Shown: piece after piece, positions 50,813-64,000 of the stretch
Position numbering within the stretch: position 1 is the first letter of the stretch
Layout: every line of letters starts with the position of its first letter
Source of the DNA: Sarea resinae
Taxonomy: Eukaryota
Direction of reading: 5' to 3'
DNA length: 64,000 nt
NCBI GenBank assembly: GCA_026026165.1
Contig: JAPEUD010000015.1
Coordinates: forward strand, 310,001 to 374,000
Program-made: the position numbers and the translations under genes
The notes under the pieces: generated by a model
Seen by the model: the letters and a program-made list of their open reading frames with translations, nothing else
Database searches by the model: none
Told to the model about the DNA's origin: nothing

Positions 50813-53032
50813 CGAGCGCTTTGGGATGATGATGACGAGTCACGATCGGCGAGGCGCTTTCTTTCGACGAGCTTGGCCTTGATACCCGATTCAGGTTTAT
50901 TGAAGCCAAGCATTGGCGTACCCATCACATCAGATCTATTCGGTCATGATCCTTATGCCGTGGCTGCTGTGAATCAAGGCGTGCAGAGTGAAGCAAGCCT
51001 CGAGGCCCGCGCCGATGGGATGGACTTAGTCCTTCCCCGGACGCCGGAGTCCCAGATGCACAAGCTGCACAAGATGAGATCCATGGACGAGATGGATGCC
51101 AAATGGGGACAAAGAAGATGCAGTCTTGGAGGTCGTGGCGCCAAGTAATAATCTAATAAAAGGAGAGCATCTGTTGCCTGATCCGATTTGCTTTTTCACC
51201 GCGAACACTGCACGCAATGCTCTATCCATATGTACTACTTTGTAGGGATGGAGCTATGCTACTCGTCCGAGAGGTACCGGTCCCACTGGTCACGCGCCCA
51301 TGTGCAACTTCATACGCGGAGGATGACTAGACCAACAAGTACTCCATCACCTATGCTATTGGTGAGAACTTGAAAGAGCGGAGTTCGCAGTCCGGAGCAA
51401 GTTGGCCGACATCCTACTGGCGGCCACCCAGACTCAGATAAGCAATAAGCAAGATGGCAAGGCACGCCTCACTACTCATTATTCTCCCCATGCTTCCCAA
51501 TCTTCGTCGCCGGCGAATGCGACGTCCGCCATCTGACGTGGACGGCCTCGTGCACGCCCCCGAGATCTCTCAGCGATTGGTGGCCTTGACGCCAACGCTG
51601 AGACGCTGGCTGTTTGGTCGCTATAGGAGCCCCCGGAGAACAAATGAGAGTGTCTGTAACTGGCTTGTATCTGGGCTGTGTCGCTGTGTCGCGCATTTTG
51701 ACCTGCCCAGTCCTCTGCCTGCCTAGGCACAGTACATAGTAGGCTGCCCGTATGGAGAAGAGGCCGACCCCCTATCAGATGGATGGACGGATGGATGAAC
51801 GAATGAATGAGTAAATAAGAGAGAGATGAAACCGGAGTGTAAATACCTTCTGTACAATAATCATCCGTGGAAGGATAAGGCTGTCTGCTATTCCTGCCCT
51901 ACCCTGCCCGGCCTTGGCCAGCCCAGCCCAAGCCAGCCAAATGCATGGTCCGACCATCAGCAGATTGACTGTTGTCTCCCATTATTCTTACTGCATGTGA
52001 AAGGAAGATCCCACTCTCCTTCTATTCAGGTACCATGGAGGCTGCGGCTGGCTTGATCTCCGACGAGATGGAACCTAAAGGTACGAAATACCGGCAGACG
52101 AGGGACCCTCGGACCCTTAATTACCTGACCTTCTTCTTCATCATTCGAGGCTTGGCCCTTTGCGACTGGACGGCGTGTACGCCGTATTTGTTTGCACTGG
52201 TATGGAAGGCCCTTGATCGTCGACGGCCAGATCACATAAGAGCTGGCGATGTCATCAACCTTACACCATACCTGACCTACCCGACCTACGTTTCCACCAT
52301 CCCATTCCCCCCCCCGCGCATTTCGATACACCGCACATATGACACCAAAGGCACCAAGCGCTCGCTTGGGATGTTGCTGGGTGGGACTCTGATTCGAATC
52401 TGGAACGAGCGACATGAGGATCTGGTAACGAGGTACCACTGCTACACTGCTCTTGATCTTTACTCCGATCACAGGTAGGACTCCCCACGTTCCACCACTT
52501 CATAGGCCCGTACCACTGACTGACTGACCGACTGCTAAGCAGAAGCCGAACAGGACGGTCAAGCCGGAAGATAGAAGAAGAAGCTCCAGCTTGCCCCATC
52601 CATCCATCGCCGACGACCAATTCATTCACCTACTGACCCCACCCACCTACTGTCTACCTGTCTACCTGTCTACCTACCTACCTTACTTACCTGACCTACT
52701 CATCCACTCGTTCACTCAGTCTCGATACCTCTCCATCCTTCTTGTCTGTCGATGACGATTGTCTCGACCTTGTCGCAAGGAAAAAGAAGAAGAAAGATCT
52801 TACAAGCCCATATTATCAGTACATCCGAGTACGACGATACGGCACGAGATACTCAAAGACAGTCGAACCCTCAGGTCTTGGTCGACTGCCCGATCGGAAC
52901 TGACTCAATTCACCGGACGTCATAAGGTAGACCGATACTGTTAGCAGGTACGGTACCTCCAGGGCTTCGATCGTACGGAAGACAGCCAGTCCGATACACC
53001 AGAAGTCGCGCACAATCAAGTACCGTGCCTAA

Positions 53033-55841
<2,809 letters not shown>

Positions 55842-56522
55842 ACCATCGAGGACGTTCCCACGTCGACCATCGCGTTTCGCTATGCCATAACTCCGCTCTC
55901 GAAATGTCTCACGACATTTTCCAATCCCCTATTATCTCTTCGATCGATCAGGAAAGGGCAGCCTACTCATGAAGTGACGCACACGGCCATGAGACATTAC
56001 CTTTCCTGCATAGCATTCAGTGCGGTATTTTCATTTCAGTATTGGAGTTTAGGAAAGACATGGGTATTCAACCTCGGAAGTATTTCTTTTTCAAAGACGT
56101 GTTTAGACGGAACCAGCGGCCTCGACAATTAAACTTATGCATGGCCTTGCTCCCTTTTTTAGCTCGAGCACGGAGTTACCACAGTTCCCTACTACTTGTG
56201 CTTAGGACATTCGGTCTTGGGGATGCATACGGGGCCAACAGGACAGGCTATGGGAGTTCCATCAAGAATATCTGCACACCCTTCACTGACCTTTAGATGG
56301 CGGAAGCACTTTTCTAGACTCTCAGTCCTGGGCTTTGGTTACAGAGAGCTTTGAATCGCTTAATTAGACAGATTTCAATCAAAAGCTGTAAATAGTAAAT
56401 TTGGACTTCGAAACGGTCAATTGATATCTTTTTACTCACAGGCTCTGCATGCTTGCCAAGCTGTTGACTATGCTATATCAGCGAATCTCTCGTAATGTCA
56501 CGAGGGAGATAGCACTGCCATC

Positions 56523-57272
56523 TCAGTAATGCCCTTCAAAGGTATCATCCCCCCTCTCTGCCGCTCCCCGCACAGCATCCGCAACTGGCACATCACCCCC
56601 AACGACATCAAAGGCTAAGCCAATGGTCTTTGGCTCATCTATAGCCGCTACAATGGCAGCGGCCACATCCTCCCTTGAAATCATCGTGCCTAAGTGCACC
56701 TTCCCCGCCGCAACTTTCCCCACCGCCGGATCCTGTGTCAAGCCCCCGGGCCGTACAATCGTATACTCCAATTCCCTCGTGCTGTTCTGAGTGACGAGAT
56801 TGGTGTCGGCGGCCAATTTGGCCTCCATGAAAGGCTTGATCACGCCCCAGACTCGATCGCTTCTCTGCTTGTCTTGCTCGTCGTACCATTCGGGCACAGG
56901 CTTGTTCTCCCGATCCCGTACGTCCAGCGCAGACACGATGAGATACCTCTTCACGCCGGCCTTGGCCGTCGCGTCGAAACTCTTGATCGCACCATCCCGG
57001 TCGACCGCGCCCGTGCGGTCCGGGCTCCCGGCCCCTGCGCCGGCGCACCAGATCACGACGTCTGCGGCAGCCGTGGTGATGGTGGAGGCGAGCTCGGGCA
57101 CGCTGGCCGTCTCGATGTCTTCGACGATCGGGTGGGCACCGAGGGACTTTAGCGAGGGGATCTGTTCCGGGTTGCGGATGATCGAGTGCACGGTCGTCGA
57201 GCGCGATACGAGCAGCGTTGTCAGGTGGCGGGCGACTTTGCCGGAGCCGCCGAAGATGAGTGCGGTGGGCAT
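56523..57272 (-). CDS. NAD(P)-binding Rossmann-fold protein (atypical SDR, YMR090W-like)
   Basis: ALIFGGSGKVA, WCAGAG, VDRDGAI, YTIVRPGGL, ISREDVA; intronless. Confidence 0.88.
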   Translation of the reverse strand: MPTALIFGGSGKVARHLTTLLVSRSTTVHSIIRNPEQIPSLKSLGAHPIVEDIETASVPELASTITTAAADVVIWCAGAGAGSPDRTGAVDRDGAIKSFDATAKAGVKRYLIVSALDVRDRENKPVPEWYDEQDKQRSDRVWGVIKPFMEAKLAADTNLVTQNSTRELEYTIVRPGGLTQDPAVGKVAAGKVHLGTMISREDVAAAIVAAIDEPKTIGLAFDVVGGDVPVADAVRGAAERGDDTFEGHY

Positions 57273-58349
57273 GTTGGAGGATTGCGGTTTTGGGCGTCTT
57301 TAGATGTGGGAGGGAAGATCAGAAGGATGTTTGAGGGATGCGGAGTGCTACGCAGTAGACCTGGACCTGGACTCGGGTTGTAGCGGTAATGGCAGTGAAC
57401 TCGCAGTGCCTGTATTACGGCATGGATGCAAGTACGCAGTACTGTAGCGGGGCGGGGCGGGGTGGGGTGGGGCGGGGCGGTCGGTGATTTCTGCCGAGGC
57501 GGTGAGCGGAAGAGCAAGGCAGAGAGTGTTTGTCAACAACGGACCGCAGTACGAGTAAAGCTGAGGCGGGAAGCCACACACACCTACGGCACACCGCCAC
57601 TCGTCTCATCCAGACGATATTCCTCCCTACGCTTCGGGGTGGCTGTCATATGGACTCACTCGGCACACGCTGCATCATCTGCACGCGGCGAAGATAGTGG
57701 AGGTAACATCAAATGATATCATTGATATCATTGATTGCCACGAGGCTCTGGGACAAGGCAACAAGGCAAACTCACCCCAGTCTCGCTCTTGCCGCCCATC
57801 AGCCTTTCATGTTTCAGCCTTTCCGCCTTCCCGCCTTTCCACCCCTCCATGCCTGGTCATTGACCGTTTTTACTCGTCGAGACTCGTGCTCCCACTGACC
57901 TTTCCCCTCCCGGCCCAGACGACGTATCCTGTCGCCTTGCCGATCAATGCACTGCACGCTGTTTGCCGACCGTTGTTTGGACGTGTCTGGACGCCGTGTA
58001 ACACATCCTGCACCTGCGCCCGCTTGACTTGGGCATCAAGACTCATCCATATCTGGTTGGCCAGCAGCCTTCGTTTGTGTCTTTGCACCTCTACAGTGAG
58101 TTCCCCACCTCTTATCATTCTTTCTTTCTATTCTCGTCTTTATCAATCCTCTCTTTCTACCACAAGCCCTTTATCCTACGACAGTTCATCGCCGTGCCGA
58201 CTATTCGCTCCTCTTTTTTCTCCAAGCTTGTATTCAGCTCTTTGTCAGAAGATAGTAGCGCTTGTCATTAACAGCTAGCTGCAGGGCTATCTAACTCCAA
58301 CTATCTACTGCTGGTGGCAGTATCTGTCTTCTACTGATCGACTTGGAAG

Positions 58350-61300
58350 ATGTCTGGTCGAGGCGGTCGAGGCGGTGCCCGTGGAGGTGGTCGTGGGGGT
58401 GGTCGCGGCGGTGGCGGCGAGTGGAATCTCATGCAAAGTGCGGTGCAAACTACGCTGGGCGGCGATCGTGGTGGCCGCGGACGTGGCCGTGGCGATGGAA
58501 ATTCCGACCGTGGTCGTGGTCGCGGCCGTGGTAATTTCGATGGTGCATCAGACGGGGGAGGATTCCGTGGTGGCCGTGGTGACTATCGCGGCGGTGGGCC
58601 GGCCCGTGGCGGTGGTGGTGGCTTTGAGCAAGCTGCCATTTACAGGTCAGTCGGGAGTTTGTTTGCTTGTCAGCCTCTGGATCTTCACTAATGCAGTGCG
58701 TAGACCGAAGGACGGGACTGTTCCCCCGCCTGACCCAATGGTCACTCGGGCGGAAGATAATGCCCTGAAGTCATCGGGCGCTATGCCGAACATTGGCAGC
58801 CTCGGCCTGAGCACCGGCTTCCCGTCACGTCCCGGATACGGAACCCTAGGGACCGCCGTCACGCTCTGGACCAATTACTTCGAGTTGACGCCAAACCCCA
58901 AGATACTCCTGTACCGCTACAACGTGCAAGTCAATCCAGCGGCTGCTGGCAAGAAACTAAAGAGAATCTTCGAGCTGTTGTTTGGGAGTGCCCAACTTGC
59001 GTCGGTGCATTCTCAACTAGCTTCTGATTACAAATCAATGTTCATCACCCGTACCAATATTGGAAATCACCAGGTTGATGTTCAATATCGCGCCGACGGC
59101 GAAGATGAAGCTCTTTCGAATGCCCGAGTATATCATTGCACGGTGTCGATGACTGGCTCTGTTGAGCTCGCCCAACTGATAGAATACCTGAAGTCTTCTG
59201 ATGTTCAGCAGACTTATGAGTACACCCAGTCCGCCATTCAGGCTCTCAATCTCTTGGTTGCAAATCGTTCAAACACTCGCCCGGATATCACCACCATTGC
59301 CAGGACCAAACACTTCCGCTGGAATAGCGCAAACAATTTCTTAGATCTTGGAAATGGAATAGACGCACTGCGCGGCTACTTTGCAAGTGTGCGGATCGCA
59401 ACGGCGCGGATCCTGGTGAATGTCAACGTCAGTAACGGAGCATTTTATCACCCAGGCGCTCTAGCGGCCTTGATGAGAAACTCTCGTCTCGACAATTTGT
59501 ACAAATTGGAATCATTCGTCAAGAAGGTCCGCGTCAAAGTCAACCACTTACCTGCCAAGAAGAACAAAGACGGACGAGAAATTCCCCGAACCAAGAGCAT
59601 TGCTGGTTTCGCGACCAGAGACGATGGCCATGGAATGCCTCATCCTCCGCGAGTGAGCAGACATGGTGCAGGACCTAAGGACGTTTTATTCTTCGTGGAT
59701 GGCCCCCTCCCGAAGAAAACCTCTCCCCACAACGCCTATATGAGTGTTTACGACTACTTTACAAAAGGTAAGATTGTGTCGTTCCATGTTTCGCACGCCT
59801 AATAAGGGTTATAGTGTATGGCATCTCTATCAAGAATCTAGATCTTCCTGTTGTCAACCTCGGGACGAAGCAAGATCCCAAATACCATCCGACAGAGGTC
59901 TGCGAGGTTGTCCCGGGACAGAGCTATATGAAGAAGCTCAGCCCATCTCAGACGGCCCAAATGATCAGATTCGCTGTTCGCTCTCCGCATAGCAATGTCG
60001 AGTCGATTGTCACGGACGGTGTCGCCGATCTTAGCCTAGTTTCCTCCGATACTTTGGTCAGTGCTGTTTGCTCATCCAAAGATATATGCTAATGATGTGC
60101 AGAAAAACTTCAATATCTCGATATCGCCAAAGCTTCTCACTGTCCCTGGTCGAGTGCTCAACAACCCTCAAGTCAAGTATGGGAAGAGCTCTACGAGTAC
60201 CAACGGTGCGAGCTGGAATCTGGCTAGCAAAAAGTTCTCTCAGCCGGCTCCCCCCTTTTCTAACTGGGCATGCATCTCTTTCTACACTGTAAGACAAAGA
60301 CAGGACGATAAGGTGAAGACGAAGTATCTGAATGAAGTTGTCGCTCTGTTCACCGCTCAGATGAAGAGCATGGACATGAAGCTTGGAGCTCATAAAGGCG
60401 TCCGTGAAATCATGCTCGATGGAAATGGGGACGACTCGAAGATCGAAGGAGCATTCAGAGACTTTAGTGCGAAATCTCCGCAAAGTGCAGGGCTGTTGCT
60501 GGCGGTCCTGCCCGATACTGACGCCGCTCTGTACAACAAGATCAAATATTTTGGCGACGTCAAGTATGGAGTGCATACTGTTTGTGCGGTGAACAGCAAA
60601 TTCGTCAAACCTGCCGGTCAGGCCCAGTTTTTTGGGAATGTCGCTCTCAAGTTCAATCTTAAGCTTGGTGGCAGGAACCATGACTTGAATGCACCGCTGG
60701 GCATTATCGGCGAGGGGAAGACCATGGTAGTTGGTATTGATGTTACACATCCGTCGCCAGGATCCGCATCCGGTGCACCAAGTGTGGCGGGCATGGTGGC
60801 CAGCATTGATCAGCATCTCGGACAGTGGCCAGCCGCTCTCCGTGTCCAAGAGTCCCGCAAGGAGATGGTGACGGACCTTCAGGGAATGCTCGAGTCGCGT
60901 CTCGCACTATGGAAAAAGGCGAACAAGAATGTACTACCGGAGAACATTCTCGTCTATCGAGACGGTGTCTCTGAGGGCCAGTATCAGACCGTTCTTACTG
61001 ATGAGCTCCCGCTCTTGCAGGCTGCCTGCGCAAAGGTGTATCCCGCGACTGCCACCAAAGCCGGGAAACCGAGGATCACCATCGTCATCGTTGGCAAACG
61101 ACACCATACGCGGTTCTACCCCACCAAAGAAGGCGAAATGGACCGAGGAGGCAACACTAAAAACGGGACCGTCGTCGACCGCGGTATTACCGATGTGCGT
61201 TTCTGGGACTTCTTCCTCCAAGCCCACACTGCTCTCAAGGGGACCGCTCGGCCGGCTCACTACATCGTGGTGTACGACGAGATCTTCAAGACGCGAACGG

Positions 61301-61578
61301 CCAAACCGCCATGCCAAAACAACGCAGATACGCTCCAGGACGTCACGCATAGCATGTGCTATCTCTTCGGGCGCGCCACCAAGGCCGTCTCCATCTGCCC
61401 GGCGGCATACTATGCGGATCTGGTCTGCGAGCGCGCTAGATGCTATCTCAGCGACGTGTTCAATGCCGAGACGCCCAGCGGCAGCATCGTCAGTGGCGCG
61501 ACGGGTGGCAGCGTGTCGGGCATGAGCGATCGGATCCGCATCCATGCGCTCCTGAAGGACTCCATGTTCTATCTGTGA
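58350..61578 (+). CDS. qde-2-like: Argonaute (QDE-2-like) with RGG N-terminus, N, PAZ, MID and PIWI domains
   Basis: RPGYGT..WTNYF, PVVNLGT..PTEVC, LKFNLKLGG, GIDVTHP, YRDGVSEGQ, KRHHTRF, GTARPAHY, PAAYYADL. Introns 58646-58703, 59768-59814, 60057-60102. Confidence 0.95.
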
Positions 61579-61619
61579 GTGGGTCCGTGGTTTCTCGACT
61601 AAGTCGAGTCCTGGCGCGG

Positions 61620-62330
61620 GAGTCGAGCCGTTCTTGGAAAGGAAAGGAAAGGAAATACACGTCGTCGCTGGGTGGACGGATCCATATTGATGTGATGATG
61701 TTGATGTTGATGTTGATGAGATGATGTTGTTAATGACGTTGATGATGATGATGATGATGGTTTCTTTGTGTATGCCACGATGAGCTCTTTCTTGTTGCTG
61801 TCACACTTGAACTAGTTTCTTGCCCCGCGCCGGCTTCTCTTACACACACACACACACACTAGGTCAGCAGGCGAAGCGTTCTGGCGCTTCTTTTCTCTAC
61901 CCTTTTTTTTCCCTTTCCCTCGTTTCTTTTTCTCCTGCTTCGAGAATCGAGTCCTCTCGTATTGATATTCGCTCTTTCGGCCAGCTACCAAGGGCGGGAG
62001 GGGTGGGGGGAAGAGAAGCGGCATGAGACGCGACTTGACGATTCGGATGATAGCTATTCTTGTCATATTTGATTTAGTTAAGATGGATTGAATTGAATTG
62101 AAATGGAATATGTAATGATGTCGATTCTTCCCTTGCAGAGGGTGTTTTCCATCTAGTGATCTAGTGACCTTGTGGGTGATCTTATGAGCGAGTGAGTTGA
62201 GGACGTGTGAGCGAGAAGACCCAAGACCCGGAACTCGGAGATTAGTGGAAATAAAACGAGGCACAGAAAAGATAAGTCTCTATATACGATATTCGCTTTT
62301 CAAAACTCCCATATCCACGTCCACGTCTAC
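61620..62330. repeat. Microsatellite-rich spacer between convergent Argonaute and transcription factor genes
   Basis: (GGAAA)n ~61636-61655, (TGA/TGT)n ~61690-61760, (AC)n ~61842-61859, (TTGAA)n ~62088-62104. Confidence 0.75.
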
Positions 62331-62338
62331 GTCTGTGT

Positions 62339-64000
62339 CTACGGAGGCGCCGGCGTCCCAGCGCCTTGTCCCTGTCCTTGCCCTTGACCTTGCCCTTGTC
62401 CTTGCCCTTGTCCTTGCCCCGTCCCCGACGTCCAGCTCTGCGCCCCGCCAGCCATGCCACCATTCTCCGCGGTGCCCAAGTCCGGCAGAAAACCCCCGGC
62501 GCCACCGGCCTGGCTCTCCAGTCCCATTCCCGCGCCTGCGCCCGCACCCATGCTCATACCCATACCCCCCATGCCCAAGGCGCCCATGCCCATGCTCCAG
62601 CCGATGTCGGACCAGAGCTCGTCTTCGAGCATCAGTGGTAGGAAACACTCGTCGGCGCTGAGACCGCGTTGCATGGAGATGGCGGCCGCGGTGGTGGCGG
62701 CGGTTGGGTCCGACGACGACGAGGATGGTTGCGCCCATGGACGGCATGGCCCTGATCCCGGTCCTGATCCTGATGGCGCGTTATCTGCTCCGGCTGGGCC
62801 GTCAGTACGGAGGAAAAGCGAGATGGTGGATAAGAAGTGAAAAGAAAAGGAGAGAGGGAGGGTTGGGGGGGGGGGGCGGCTGATGTCTGGATGGACGACT
62901 TACTCTCGGTGGAATTCACACCGCCACCACCACCGCCGCCGCCGCCGCCACCACCACCGTGCTGGTACAACGACGGCTGGCCGCCGAATTCCTCGCGCCA
63001 GTACCAGATGCAATCGAGGGCCAGGCTCGTGGCCAAGCGGCCGCGGATCCGCAGTCGATCAGTCGGCTCGCCGTCCGGTCGGCGAAACACGCGCTCGCTC
63101 GTCCAGAGCTGGGCCATGATCGTCGACAGCCGAGCGGGCAGATCGTTGTTCTCGACGCTGAATTGCTTCAACAAGGTCACGGCCGTTAGCAGTAACGTCT
63201 TGCCGCCCTCGCGATCGACGAAGCGCGCGAATGGCGATTTCAGTAACCGTAAGAGCGAGAAGCCGGCAAGGATGGCGCCGTGGAAGATGTACGCGGGTGA
63301 GTAGGAGACTAGGGACATGGTTTTGTCGAGCGAGACAATGTGCTCGATGATCTCACAGGCCGAGGTGTAGAGCCTCGTCAGATCGGGGGGATCGATGTCT
63401 TCCAGGGAGCGGAAGAGGTGCAGTACGAGAATTGCGTTGCGCGACATGGCGAGGTAGAGTTCGTCGAGGGCTGGAATGGCCATCTGTTACTCAAACATTC
63501 GGCCCTTAAATGGAAACGCTAACAAACCTGAGAGGGACGAGGATTCCAGTTCGAGGTCTTGTATTTGGCCTTCGAACGCCTTCAGGATGATGCACATGGA
63601 GCGTTCCTGTTGCGGTGTCTCCAAGCCCAGTCCATTGTCGAGCACAGCCAAGCTGGCTTTGCTCAAAAGATTCTGGAGGCGGAGCTGAAAGTAGAGGGTA
63701 TCGGGAAGGGCTTGCCGCAGTCTTTTGCGTGATTCCCGGTCTTGGACCGCTTCGGCGGTGACCATCGGTGCATGGCCGAAACTGAAACACGCTCTGTGAT
63801 GCGTCAGTAAGGCAGCATTATCGCAAGCTGGAGGACTACCTCTGATACGCAATCTGACAATACGCCCAGAGTTTGCTCCGTCTCTGGAGCTCCGACTCGC
63901 TCAAGATGATCTTTGTCTTCGAAAAGTCTTGGCTCATGTTCGGGACGTGAAGACCCATCCTCGCGGCCATATGGATCATCGACCCACTCAGCGTATGCGT
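62339..64000 (-). CDS. 3' part of a fungal-specific (probably Zn2Cys6, PriB-like) transcription factor; 5' end lies beyond the window
   Basis: SVENNDLPARLSTIMAQLW and RIRGRLATSLALDCIWYWREEF resemble PriB-type C-termini. Introns 63471-63527 and 62794-62903 are frame-consistent. DNA-binding domain not in window. Confidence 0.7.

Noticed and set aside
51972..52478. 168-aa ORF upstream of PFK-2
   Set aside because: No recognisable domain; probably promoter or leader sequence, though a uORF cannot be excluded.

Overview
Gene-dense, intron-containing genomic DNA from a filamentous ascomycete (Pezizomycotina-type short GT-AG introns with CTRAY branch sites). I hand-spliced 19 protein-coding genes: Kelch-repeat protein, Rcf2/HIG1, Nudix hydrolase, Vtc2/3-type SPX-VTC protein, type-B carboxylesterase, F-box-like protein, delta-12 fatty acid desaturase, ARMC8/Gid5-like protein, Pho80/PREG cyclin, an uncharacterised protein, Spt23/Mga2, Na+/H+ antiporter, RNase H1, flavocytochrome b2-like enzyme, DUF202 protein, PFK-2/FBPase-2, NAD(P)-binding protein, QDE-2-like Argonaute, and the 3' part of a fungal transcription factor. 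I found no transposon ORFs, tRNA, rRNA or CRISPR, and no clearly novel multi-gene system. The most unusual signals are: (1) microsatellite- and TpA-rich islands at four of the five convergent gene junctions, with GC-rich codons and repeat expansions in most adjoining gene ends; (2) an AUG-less, presequence-like in-frame extension upstream of RNase H1; (3) a b2-like enzyme with no presequence and a splice-dependent PTS1-like end; (4) a recurrent TACTCCGGAGTA palindrome in long promoters; (5) a strong G-quadruplex motif between Argonaute and its divergent neighbour. Family calls come from motif recognition by eye, not database searches.
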